Shown: one piece after another, positions 37,700 to 49,782 of the stretch
Layout of the letters: each line of letters starts with the position of its first letter
How positions within the stretch are numbered: position 1 is the stretch's first letter
Assembly (NCBI GenBank): GCA_951406725.2
Contig: OX597830.1
Location: forward strand, 8,370,001 to 8,434,000
Length of the DNA stretch: 64,000 nucleotides
Origin: Octopus vulgaris
Taxonomy: Eukaryota
Direction of reading: 5' to 3'
Made by a program: the position numbers and the translations under genes
The notes under the pieces: generated by a model
The model's database searches: none
What the model was told of the DNA's origin: nothing
The model's input: the letters and a program-made list of their open reading frames with translations, nothing else

Positions 37700-38172
37700 T
37701 CATCATCATCATCAGAGTTTAATTTCCGTTTCCCATGCTGGCATGCGTTGGACGGTTTGACTGAGGACTGGCAAGCCAGGAGGCTGCACCAGGCTCCAAT
37801 CTGATCCGGCAATGTTTCAACAGCTTCCTAACGCCAACCACTCCGAGAGTGTAGTGGGTGCTTTTTACGTGCCACTGGCACAGGAGCCAGTCAGGCGGCC
37901 CTGGCATCGATCACTGGCGCCCCTGGCATCGATCACGTTCAGATAGTGCTTTTTACGTGCCACCAGCACAGGAGCCAGTCAGGCGGCCCTGGTGTCGCTC
38001 ACTGGTGCCCCTGGCATCGATCACGTTCAGATAGTGCTTTTTACGTGCCACCAGCACAGGAACCAGTCAGGCGGCCCTGGTGTCGCTCACTGGTGCCCCT
38101 GGCATCGATCACGTTCAGATAGTGCTTTTTACGTGCCACCAGCACAGGAACCAGTCAAGCGGCCCTGGTGTC
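37700..38172 (-). mobile_element. RTE 3'-UTR fragment with an 88-bp tandem array (~3.6 units)
   Basis: acgtgcca anchors at 37867, 37955, 38043 and 38131. Confidence 0.88.
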
Positions 38173-38658
38173 GGAACAGGTAAAGGAAGGGGTCGATACC
38201 TTTGAAAGAGCACATATTCTTCATGAAGAATTTAAATGTGCTGCTTGAAAACACACTGCTAGTGTAATGAATAAGGAAAGCTTGGTCTGCAATGTTTGCA
38301 GTTGTGTATGTTTGTCAAGAGCAGGGCTCGTTAGTCACCAACGAAGCCACAAGTTTTAAGTATAAGGTACTCATAAGCACACAATGTCCCTAAAGGTCCG
38401 TAACAGTTTTCCTCAGTGGACGGCTATCATCATGTATGTATAAATATATATAAATGTATGTGTGTGTGTGTGCATGTATCATCATCACCATCATTATTAT
38501 TTCATATGCACCTTCTTCACTGACATGGGTTGGACGATTCAACATGTTGAAGGAACTTTTCTTTTTCTGATGACTCAATTTTGACATGCTTTCTATACAT
38601 AAGTGCCCTTCATCATGCCAACCATTTTACAGAGTGTGTGAGTGTGTACGTGTGTGTG

Positions 38659-39150
38659 TCATCATCATCATTTAACGTCTGTTTTCCATGCTAGTATGGG
38701 TTGGACAGTTTGACCGGGGTCTGGGAAGCCAGATGGCTGCACCAGGTTCCAGTCTGATCTGACAGTGTTTCTACAGCTGGATGCCCTTCCTAACGCCAAC
38801 CACTCCATGAGTGTAGTGGGTACTTTTTATATGCCACCAGCAGAGGTGCCAGGCGAGGCTGGCAATGGTCACGATTGGTTGGTGCTTTTTACTTGCCACT
38901 AGCACGGAAGCCAGTCAAGGCGGCGCTGGCATCGGCCACGTTTGGTTGGTGCTTTTTACGTGCCACCAGCACAGGGATCACAACTACAATTTCCATTGAT
39001 TTTTTATGTTGATGTACTTGACTCAATAGGTCTCCTCAAGCACAGGGTCGAAACAGTGTTTCTCTACTTGCCACCAGCACAGGAGTCAGTCCAGCAGCAC
39101 TGGCAATGGCCGGGTGCCAGTCGTAGGATTTGGTTCAATTTCGATTTCAT
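38659..39150 (-). mobile_element. RTE 3'-UTR fragment
   Basis: (cat)n, terminal segment, three to four modules. Confidence 0.85.
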
Positions 39151-40749
39151 TCTAAACAAAATGGTTTATTCAACTGATGTTATTCGTTTCCATTTCTCCA
39201 CATAAAAACATGTCCAGGTTGTTTGCTGTTAGACAGACTGGGAAATTATTTCCTCACTTGGAAACAGGCTGGAGTTAAGCAATAGGAAGGACATCCAGCC
39301 ATAGAATAAAAACCCACCATTATACGCTTGTCTGACCCATGCAAACATGGAAAAACAGACATTAAAACAATGAGGATGATGGTGATGATGATGAAAATGA
39401 TGATGGCAATGGTGATGATGATGATGATAATAGTGGGGATGAAAATGATGGTGATGATGATGATGATGGCAATAATGGTGATGGTGGTGGTGGTGGTGGT
39501 GATGATGACAACAGCAACGATAATGATACATATACAGTGGAGGTCATTTTTAAATAAGTTTGGCACCAGTCCCAGTTCCACACAACCTGAAGAAGTCTCC
39601 CTTAGGGAACACTTTCCTTTTCACCAAAACAAATCCATCTTTTACACCTTCCTTTTTAGCCTATTAACCACATAAAACAGCTGTACCTCATCACCATCAC
39701 CATCACCATCACCATCACCCTATGATTACCAACATTATCATCGTTTTAATATCTATCTTCCTTGCTAGCTTGGGTTCGATGGTACATCAGGATCCAACAA
39801 GTCAAAGGAAAGCAACCCATGCATCAATGTTTTAGTGTTTCACATACTTTCTATGGTTGGATGCCCTTCCTAATATCAACCACTTCAGTGAGAGTAAAGT
39901 GTGCATTTGTTTGTGGCACCAGCACAAAAGAGGTGGCCTTGCCTCCTGCAAGCCTGAAGAGTCTTCTTTTCAGCCCTTGTACTTGCAGTGGCATTCACTG
40001 AAGGGTGGGTCAAGCCAGCTCTATCCAATAAGTTCACCACATTCCTCACAAAAGCTGACCACATCCAACGGCCAGCTGCAATTGAAGTTGTAATGAAATA
40101 TCCCACTGGGAACCAAGTGCATCAGATGGCACAGATGCCATAGCCGTGATCATCATTCACTCTTGATGTGTAGAGCTCCAGTGAGAGTACAACTTCACAT
40201 GTGATTTCTGGTCACATGCACACACACTTTGGGACAGTGTGATCCATAGCAGCTCATCTAGCTATCAACTGCTGACCATTGCAGAGGATTCACTGATTAT
40301 CAGAGCAGATGTAGCCCAAGTTTGAAGAAAATTCTAGAGATATGCTTTAACAAAAGCTAAGGGGGTGCCCCACTCCCAATGGTCTTCCAGCATACTGGAC
40401 ACCAACTCAGAACTTTTGAGGGCCTGTGCCATAGCTAAGGAGTGCCTCACTCCCGGGGGTCTTCCAGCATACTGGACACCATCCCAGAACTTCTGAGGGC
40501 CTGTGCTATTGCTAGTCATTGAACTGACACTAGGCTCATCCTCTACATTGCCACAGCTCAATTCACAAACCATTTTAATAGAAGGGAATTAGCCAGGCCA
40601 CCTCATAACACATCATTTTCATTTTCTATACTTTCATGATAATGTTAAAGTAATTTCTGTACAACATTTTTTTCAGAAAAACATTTCCAAACAATTTCAA
40701 GAATATTATTTACATTCGACGGATATTTGTCCTCATCTTGTTTGCTGTT

Positions 40750-40795
40750 AACACAACATTTCGGCTGATATACCCTCCAGCCTTCATCAGATGTC
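40750..40795 (-). ncRNA. Minimal type I hammerhead motif; degenerate mirror copy at 41084-41126 (+)
   Basis: Minus strand: gacat CTGATGA a ggctg gagggtatat cagcc GAAA t gtt gtgtt. Confidence 0.7.
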
Positions 40796-40919
40796 TTGGG
40801 GAAATTTCGAACCTGGGTTCTCATTCCTAAGGTATTTTTTGATGTTGTTATTATGATTATTATCATTATTATTATTCAGGTCACTGCTTGGAATCGAACC
40901 ACTACGCCATATGCTCACA

Positions 40920-40990
40920 GGCATATGGTGTAGTGGTTAAGAGCGCAGGCTACTAACCCCAAGATTCCAAGTTCGATTCCAAGCAGCGAC
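40920..40990 (+). promoter_or_regulatory. tRNA-derived Pol III internal promoter at the centre of the foldback element
   Basis: A box tggtgtagtgg 40926-40936, B box gttcgattcc 40971-40980, anticodon-arm-like ggctactaacc between them. Confidence 0.7.
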
Positions 40991-41471
40991 TTCAACAACA
41001 ACAACGTCGTCGTCATTGTTGTCATCATCATCATCATTGAAAAATACCTTAGGAATGAGAACCCGGGTTCAAAATATCCCCAAGACACCTGATGAAGACT
41101 GGAGGGTATATCAGCAGAAACATGTTAACAGCAAAAAAGATGAGGACAAATATCCGTCAGATGGAAATAAAGTACATAATACCTCATATCTTAAATATAG
41201 AAACTGAATTTCAAGAATGTCTGATTTGATGTACATTTTTCAATCAAAAGCAAACTTTGCATTTTAGAGGTTTTAGATCTTGGAAAATCAGATAAAGGAT
41301 TTTCAACAGCTTAATAGTTTGTTTCTCTGGGACTGGTCAAATTGATGTGAGCACTTCAGATGGGAATCCAATAAGATTCGAAAATCAATCAAGATTGCTC
41401 ATCATTTTTTTCATTCTACAGAGAAACAGCTAAATTAGCCCCATTTATAAAGGTACTATATTGGTTACAAA

Positions 41472-41780
41472 GGCACATGGCTCAGTGGTTAGAGCATCAA
41501 GCTTACAACCATGAGGTTGTGAGTTCGATTCCCAGACTGGGGTGTATGTTGTGTTCTTGAGCAAGACACTCTATTTCATGTTGCTACAGTCAACTCAGCT
41601 GTAGAAATGAGTTGCAATGTCACAGGTGCCAAGCTATATTGGACCCTGTGCCTTTCTCTTGGATAACATCAATAGTGTAGAGAGGGGTGGCCTGTATGCA
41701 TGGGCGACTGCTGGCCTTCCATAAACAACCTTGCTTGGTCTTGTGCCTCGAAGGGTAACTTTCATGACCGAAGGGGGTCT
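41472..41780 (+). mobile_element. SINE family C
   Basis: Matches 1792-2131. Confidence 0.88.
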
Positions 41781-42443
41781 CTCCATATCAGTTACATATA
41801 TATATATTTCTCTTAAACATAAGAAATGAGACATCTACAAACAGAAGAGAACAACCAAAGCAGAACAACCTCAACTAATTTGTGGACCCACCAACTAAAA
41901 AATTACAGAGATTTCTTGAAGAAAGGGTCCCAACCCTAAAATATTGAACTACCACTGACCTGTATTTTTAACTTGCATTGTTTGGTTTGAAAAAATGAAA
42001 TTAAACGTGTGTGTGTGTGTGTGTGATGATTTGACATCACAATAGTTGTAAAGAAGTGTCACATTCATAAGGCAATGTCATTCATTTCCAATATTTCGTG
42101 AAAACATGTCTGGCCACTGGAAAGTATTATCTTGCTTGAAAATATTTGAGGGTTAGCACCAGGAAAGGCATCCAACTAAAGAAAATTGTCTCAACAAACT
42201 CAATTCAATCCATACATGGAGAAGTTGGTGTTAAAGCAATGGTGATGATGATAAAAGACAGGACACTAACCTGTTTAGGGCAGAGGTGCTCAACTATGTT
42301 TTTCACCATGGACCCTTTCGGTTCCTATTTTACTCGAGTGGGCCCTCATAGCCAGTCAATGTTTAAGAAATATCATTGAAAATTATTTGGAATTGCATAA
42401 AAAAAATTGCAACATTTTGTGTATCGTAGAATTATGTCTTATA

Positions 42444-42852
42444 GGTGCAGGAGTGGCTGTGTGGTAAGTAGTTTGCTTACGTACCACATGGTTCTGGGTT
42501 CAGTCCCACTGCGTGGCACATTGGGCAAGTGTCTTCTACTATAGCCTCGGGCTGACCAAAGCCTTGTAAGTGCATTTGGCAAATGGAAACTGGAAGAAGC
42601 CCGTTGTATATATGTATATATATATGTATGTGTATGCATATGTTTTTGTGTCTGTTTGTTCCCCAAACATCGCTTGACAACCGATGCCGGTGTGTTTATA
42701 TCCCAGTAACTTAGCAGTTCAACAAAACAGACCGATAGAATAAGTACTAGGCTTACAAAGAGTAAGTCCTGGGGTCAATTTTCTCGATTAAAGGCAGTGC
42801 TCCAGCATGGCCGCAGTCAAATGACTGAATCAAGTAAAAGAATAAAAGAATA
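42444..42852 (+). mobile_element. SINE family A (full length)
   Basis: Matches 11016-11420. Confidence 0.9.
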
Positions 42853-43009
42853 AACCGTGCAGAGTCATATGGTCCCCAGCTGAAAATCACTGGTGTAGGG
42901 AATGCTCCAGCATGGCCAAGGCTATGTCTAAGCCAAGCTAAAGAACTAAAGAAAATTTCACAGAACCCAACAATTACTTTCACACACTGTCTCTCTCTCT
43001 CTCTATCTG

Positions 43010-43029
43010 ACTGCCTATCCATCTATCTG

Positions 43030-43073
<44 letters not shown>

Positions 43074-43074
43074 C

Positions 43075-43105
<31 letters not shown>

Positions 43106-43305
43106 CCTATCTATCTACCTATCTACCTACCTATCTGTCTGTCTATCTGTGTATCTATCTATCTATCTATCTATCTGTCTATCTCTTTATCTTCCTGTCT
43201 ATCTATCTATCTGTCTGTCTGTCTATCTGTCTATCTGTCTGTCTATCTATCTGTCTGTCTATCTGTTTATCTGTCTGTCTATCTATCTATCTATCTATCT
43301 ATCCT
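43010..43305. repeat. (TCTA)n/(TCTG)n tetranucleotide microsatellite
   Basis: Direct inspection. Confidence 0.95.
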
Positions 43306-43436
43306 TCTTTTTTTTACCCCTCTGCATGATTCAATCTCTTCCCACAATTCCTTTCGGATTTTCCCATGATTCTAATTCTACTTCCTACAATTTGAATTTG
43401 GATCTGCTACTAGTTACTCTGTTCTCTAGCATTGTG

Positions 43437-43484
<48 letters not shown>

Positions 43485-43661
43485 GCTGTTCTGCATGTAT
43501 ATGCATGTGGACTGTACTGTATGTGAGTGGTTGTTGAGTGAATGTGTGAGTTTGTGTAGATAAGATATAAACTGTGTATCTATATGCGTGAATTATGAAC
43601 ACATTGCTGACTCTGTGTGTGTGTGTGTGTAGATTGTTGTGTGTATATATTTACACTGTAC

Positions 43662-43699
<38 letters not shown>

Positions 43700-43836
43700 A
43701 TGTGTATGTCAATGAACTGTGTTATAAATATGCGTAAGTGGTTGTTGACAGAATGTCTGAGAGAATAGACTGTAAATTGTGCATGTGTGTGTGTGTGTGT
43801 GTGTGATGAACACACTGATGGTGGTGGTGGTGGTGG

Positions 43837-43868
<32 letters not shown>

Positions 43869-44295
43869 GAATGTCTAGATCTGTGAGTGTGTGAACATAC
43901 CATGAACTATATACATGTGTTTGTGTGGCAAATCTGAATGTCTAAATATGTAGAGAGAGAGAGAGGAAGAGAAATAGTATTATCTCTGTGACCTGGAATT
44001 GGCTACATGTATGAGGTGTGTAGATATACACACACATATGCACACACACACACACACATATATATATGTATATATAAAGTGTGTGGGGGAAGGGGATAGA
44101 GAAAGTATTGTCAGTTTGTGTGGACAGGAATATACCAATTCCTTCAGGTTATGTCATTTATGTAAGATTATGGAGGATGGAACTATACAAAGATAGAAAT
44201 AAGAAATATTGAAGTGGAGATGCGAAGCAGAGATGGGTGATAGCGAGGGGACAAAACGTGTGTGTGTGCATGTATGTATGAATGTGTGTGCATAG

Positions 44296-44326
<31 letters not shown>

Positions 44327-44716
44327 GACAAATTGATAGAGGGAGAGAATACTTATATGTGTGTTGGGGGAGTAGAGAGAGAGAGAAGGTGCAAAGTATA
44401 AATATACATACACAGAGGGAAAGAGTGAGAGAATGGTACAGAGATAATTCACAGAATCATACCATATCAAGTTTCAAAATTTAGAGCATGTGACCCAACA
44501 CACGTGATTCCAAAATATGTCCCCCACCCACTAAAACATGTGAGGTGCAACCATATGACTCCAGAACATGTGCCTCAACAATGTATGAGACCTTCACACA
44601 TGTGACCCCCACACTTAACATTGTACACATCTACAGAAAGATTCATTTTAAAGTTGTCCCCTACTGCTGTGGTTCTTAGACCTATTTTGTTATTGGACAT
44701 TTATAGGAACCAATGA

Positions 44717-45037
44717 AGACGTGTGGCTTTGTGGTTAGGGCATTCGGCTCATGATTGTAAGATCGTGAGTTCAAATCTCGGTGATGCATTGTGTCCTTGA
44801 GCAAGACACTTTATTTCACGTTGCTCCAGTCCACTCAGCTGGCAAAAATGAGTAGTACCTGCATTTCAAAGGGCCAGCCTTGTCACACTCTGTGTCATGC
44901 TGAATCTCCCTCAGAGCTACATTAAGGGTACACATGTCTGTGGAGCGCTCAGCCACTTGCACGTTAATTTCACAAACAAACTGTTCTGTTGATCATATCA
45001 GCTGGGACCCTCGTCGTCATAACTGACAATGCCAGTT
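44717..45037 (+). mobile_element. SINE with family C head/body and a different tail (also 47905-48207)
   Basis: tggctttgtggttagg A box, gttcaaatc B box, ccttgagcaagacact body; tail shared with the 47905 copy. Confidence 0.85.
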
Positions 45038-45107
45038 ATAACAACCCATACCAATATTTTACAGACAATTCCTGCCAGCACCTTAATTGTGATTAGGTAT
45101 TAACCAT

Positions 45108-45330
45108 TAACCCCTTTAGCATTTAACCTGGCCATATTTGGCCTAAATATTTTATCTTCTTTATACCTGACCAGATCCAACCTATCACACTGACACCACA
45201 ATGTCATTCTAAAAATAAACAACCAAATCATAGAAATCTCAAAGCTTTGAGATAATGCTTAATCAATTCAAATCAATCTGAAGAAATAAGCATTACATTT
45301 GAGAGATTAATCTGAATTTTGAAGGGTCAA
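45108..45330 (+). mobile_element. piggyBac-like MITE (degenerate)
   Basis: TTAA-cccctttagcatt ... gaagggtcaa ends; related to 27603-27805 and 2448-3236. Confidence 0.6.
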
Positions 45331-45410
45331 CTGTGAGGAAGGGCTGCTTGAATGTATGCTAAACGAGCAAAAAAAATTGCTTTTTCTTAAAGGTAATCTT
45401 TATGTTTAAG

Positions 45411-45640
45411 GGCGGCGAGCTGGCAGAGACGTTAGCACGCCGGGCGAAATGCTTACTGGTATTTCGCCTGCCACTATGTTCTGAGTTCAAATTCCACCGA
45501 GGTCGACTTTGCCTTTCATCCTTTCAGGGTCGATTAAATAAGTACCAGTTACGCACTGGGGTCGATATAATCAACTTAATCCGTTTGTCCTTGTTTGTTC
45601 TCTCTGTGTTTAGCCCCTTGTGGGTAGTAAAGAAATAGGT
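45411..45640 (+). mobile_element. SINE family D (full length)
   Basis: ggcggcgagctggcag head, gagttcaaattcc B box, gcctttcatcctttc central box, ends aaagaaatagg; imperfect TSD ggtaat(c/t)tttatg(t/c)tta. Confidence 0.9.
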
Positions 45641-46123
45641 AATTTTTATGCTTATTTTCTCGCTAAGTACAAAAACCATAGTAATTGTTAGTCTCTCGTA
45701 CAATAAAATTTATAATTTTGATATCAAAAAGTACTGTAAAATATTCACTTCACTTTGATGATGGTGGCCATATCCATGCAAAATTTTTTAAACATCACTT
45801 GATGATGTCTGCTGTTCCCTAATGAAACATCAGTTAATGACATCTGGTGTTTAACGGTTAAATGAAGCAGAAGTCGTTTAAGAGAATGAGTATTTTCTTT
45901 CAAAACTGCTTCTGATTTACTCACAAGGTCAGTCATTTTGAGAGGAGTGGGTCTCAAATTTGGGGGAAGGGATTAAATTGATTACATCGATCCCCAGTGC
46001 ATAACTGGTACTTATTTAACTGACCCCGAAAGAATGAAAGGCAAAGTTGACCCTAGCAGAATTTGAACTCAGAATGTAGCGGCAGACGAAATGCTGCTAA
46101 CCATTCTACCAGCTTGCCACCTT

Positions 46124-46156
<33 letters not shown>

Positions 46157-46649
46157 AGCAACAACAACAACAACAGTTTCAAATTTTGATACAAGGCCAG
46201 CAATTGTTTAGGAGAGGGTTTATAACACTGATCCCAGTACTTGACTGGTATAAACCCCAAAAGAATAAAAAGTCATGTTGACCTTAGTGAGATTTGAACT
46301 CACAGCACAGAGAGGAGCATTCTAATTTATGTTCTAATGACCTGCTATTTCATCCCTGCTGTAAGGGGAGGAGTTACTCACAAAATATACATATCTGTTT
46401 CCTGACTTTTTGGAAGATCATAGAATGGTTCCAGGATAACAAAAAAAATATCAAGAACTGTTCTAAATACCCAAAATGATGTTGACTTTCTCTTGAGAGA
46501 CAGACAATATTTCCAAGTCAAATAATTTCTGACCTTTGACAACCCACAACGGTGACCCACAAGAAAGAATTGCTCCCTAATTTTTGACCATATTGCTGCT
46601 ACAAACAAACATATATTCTAGACCACTAGAAAGTCATTTGGTTGTTTAA

Positions 46650-46869
46650 CCCTTTTGTTACCAACCTGGCTGAAACTGGCTCTGATTGAGTACAAATATC
46701 TTGTTTCTAGAAGTTCTGAATTAAAATTATCCACCAAACCTTAGTCACAATTTATGTTCCTAACACTAGCTGAATGATAAATAAGTTATTTTACTAAATT
46801 CTTTGTTATTTTACTAAATTAATTGAAAGAAACACAGAGCATCTCAACAGAAATATGGTAACAAAAGGG
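46650..46869. mobile_element. piggyBac-type MITE, followed by a second, 3'-truncated copy (46900-~47100)
   Basis: Perfect TIR cccttttgttacca / tggtaacaaaaggg, TTAA on both sides (46646-46649, 46870-46873). Confidence 0.88.
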
Positions 46870-47359
46870 TTAAAATATGTAATAGAGAAACAATCCTAAC
46901 CCTTTTGTTACCAACGTGGCTGAAACTGGCTCTGACTCTGTAGTACAAATGTCTTATTTTCAAAAGTTCTGAATTAAAATCTTCCACCAAACCTTAGTCA
47001 CAATTTATGTTCCTAACACTAGCTGAATGATAAGTAAGTTATTTTACTAAATTCTTTGTTATATTTAAAGTAATTGAAAGAAACACAGAGCATCTCAAAT
47101 AAATACCAATAAATACCAACACATTACAAACATTATCCTTCTTATAATCTAGCCTTCACCATATTTATGGTACCACTACTATAACTTCTGCTTCAATAAA
47201 CTAGTAAGTCATGTATAAACTGCACTGAAACACACCTGCCTGACTCACTTCTCCTCCATTGTGCTTAACCCTTGCTCCTAATGCCAGATTCAAATAACTT
47301 CATTTAAATCTACCTCCTGGTTCACATAACTCAGTACCTTCATTGTCTCCCTTACAGAA

Positions 47360-47904
47360 ATTGTGTGAAGACACATGATTCAGATCAAACGACAATCAAA
47401 TGGAAATTGTTGTTGGGGCTGATGCCAGCACTGCCTGTCTGGCTCCCCGTGCCAGTGGCACATAAAAGACACCATCCAGATATGGTTAATGTTAGCCCCC
47501 TTGCCCTGACTGGCTCCTGTGCCAGTGACACGTAAAAAGCACCATCCGAATGTGGTTGATGCCAGTGCCACCTTGACTGGCTCCAATGCCGGTGGCACGT
47601 AAAAGCACTATCCAAACATCACTGATGCCAGCACCCTCGTCCTGACTGGCTCCTGTGCCGGTGGCACGTAAAAAGCACCATCCAAACGTGGCGATGCCAG
47701 TGCCACCTTGACTGGCTCCTGTGCTTGTGGCATGTAAAAAGTACCCACTACACTCTCGGAGTGGTTGGCATTAGGAAGGGCATCCAGCTGTAGAAATATG
47801 GCCAGATCAGATTGGAGCCTAATGCAGCCTCCCGACTTCCCAGGCCCCAGTCAAACCATCTGACCCATGCAAGCATGCAAAACAGATGTTAAACGATGAT
47901 GATG
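47360..47904 (+). mobile_element. RTE 3'-UTR fragment with five hairpin modules
   Basis: gtgcc(a/g)gtggcacgtaaaagcacc repeated about every 65-75 bp. Confidence 0.85.
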
Positions 47905-48210
47905 AGTATTCAGTTCATGATCATAAGGTTATGAGTTCAATTTCCAGTAGCACATTCTGTCCTTGAGCAAGACAATCTATGTCATGTTGCGCTCCAGTCC
48001 ACTCAGCTAGTAAAAATGAGTTGTACCTGTATTTCAAAGGGCCAGCCTTGTCACATTCTGTATGACGCTGAATCTCCCTGAGAACTATGTTAAGGGTATG
48101 CGTGTCTGTGGTGTACTCAGCCACTTGCATAGTAATTTCATGAGCAGGCTGTTCTGTTGATTGGATCAGCTGGAACCCTCATTGCTGTAACCGACAAAGT
48201 ACCAGTTTTC

Positions 48211-49116
48211 GGAGTGGCTGTGTGGTAAGTAGCTTGCTTACGAACCACATGGTTCCAGGTTCAGTCCTACTGCGTGGCACCTTGAGCAAGTGTTTTCTAT
48301 GATAGCCTCGGGCCGACTAACGCCTTGTGAGTGGATTTAGTAGATGGAAACTGAAAGAAGCCCTTCGTATATATGTATATATGAGTCCATAACCCGTGGC
48401 CTTCTACTTGGGATGGAGCCAGCCTACGTATGCATACCTTCCCTTCTTGGGACACAAAACTCTACTTGTGAAGACCTGTTGAGGCAAGTGAGGATCAGAA
48501 TGGAAATCGATCAATGGAAATTGCAGATGTGTTACCAGTGCCGGTGGCATGTAAGAGAACCTTCCGTTTCGCGACCGTTGCCAGCACCGCCCCGTTTCGT
48601 GTCCGTTGCCAGCCTCGCCTGGCCCTTGTGCCGGTGGCACATAAAAAGCACCATCCGTTCGTGGCCGTTTGCCAGCTCTGTCTGGCACCTGTGCGGGTGG
48701 CACGTAAAAAGCACCCACTACACTCACGGAGTGGTTGGCGTTAGGAAGGGCATCCAGCCGTAGAAACACTGCCAGATTTGACTGGGCCTGATGAAGCCTC
48801 CTGGCTTCACAGACCCCAGTAGAACCGTCCAACCCATGCTAGCATGGAAAACGGACGCTAAACGATGATGATGATGATGATGATGATATATATATATGTA
48901 CATGTGTGTATATGTTTGTGTGTTTGTGTTTGTCCCTTCACCATCACTTCACAACCGATGCTGGTGTGTTTACGTCCCCATAACTTAGCAGTTCGGCAAA
49001 AGAGACTGATAGAATAAGTACTAGGCTTACAAAGAATATGTCTTGGGGTCGATTTGCTCGACTAAAGGCGGTGCTGTAGCATGGCAGCAGTCGAATGACT
49101 GAAACAAGTAAAAGAG
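48211..49116 (+). mobile_element. SINE family A split by an RTE 3'-UTR insertion (48385-48886) in its internal (TA) tract
   Basis: The insert begins at the RTE stop codon (tgagtcc) and is nearly identical to the reverse complement of 8343-8945. Confidence 0.9.
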
Positions 49117-49372
49117 TATACAGAAGAGTTCAGAGCCAACAACGACCAGAAGCCCTGTCCTTCAGGTTAAGCATCAACATCAAATCTGGGAAGGGCCAAC
49201 AAGGACCAGAAGCAATGTCCATCTTCCTCAGGATGAATTAATAACAAAAGAGAGTTCTATGGACATTTCCAGAGAGAATCACACAGATTTGAAACCATAA
49301 CCAACAAATTATCAAAATACCAGTGATTTCTTTTCAGAATTTTATTCTTCTGTTCTGTAATTCGACTTTCAG

Positions 49373-49464
49373 GCAGGTGATAGGTCTGCAAATTCAGAGA
49401 TTTTAAACCCAAAATCTTTGAAATCTTTGGAGCAATATCGTACAGAATTGCTCTCAGCATTAAT
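49373..49464 (+). CDS. Candidate internal exon (AGDRSANSEILNPKSLKSLEQYRTELLSAL), product unknown
   Basis: Long pyrimidine tract ending actttcag, open frame, donor at|gtatgt; unique sequence between repeats. Confidence 0.35.
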
Positions 49465-49520
49465 GTATGTATATATTCATATTTGTATACATTTTCATTC
49501 TGCATATGTATTTTTTTTTA

Positions 49521-49715
49521 TTTGTTTCAGTCAGACTGTGGTCATGCTGGAGCACCACCCTTAGTCAAACAAATCAACCCCCAGAATTTATTCTTTGTAA
49601 GCCTAGTACTTATTCTTTCAGTCTCTTCTGCCAAATCGCTAAGATACGGAGACGTAAACACACAAACATCAGTTCTCAAGTGATGGTGGGGGGACAACCT
49701 GACACACAAACATAT

Positions 49716-49782
<67 letters not shown>

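Larger units (their letters stand above)
40705..41206 (+). mobile_element. Penelope-like inverted-repeat insertion with tRNA-like head and two hammerhead motifs (copy 2)
   Basis: Arms 40705-40914 and 40921-~41170, 35-nt tail, TSD aatttcaagaat (40693-40704, 41207-41218). Confidence 0.87.

Noticed and set aside
40381-40507. ~77-bp-period two-unit direct repeat
   Set aside because: Simple local duplication with no further structure seen.
47440-47745. CRISPR-like look of conserved words separated by variable spacers
   Set aside because: Eukaryotic context, spacers homologous to each other, no cas genes, and the array is part of the RTE 3' UTR.
48788-48812. CTGATGA followed by a small hairpin in the RTE tail (mirror at ~8425-8440)
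   Set aside because: No GAAA after the stem and no stems I/III; other copies read ctggtgca. Not a hammerhead.
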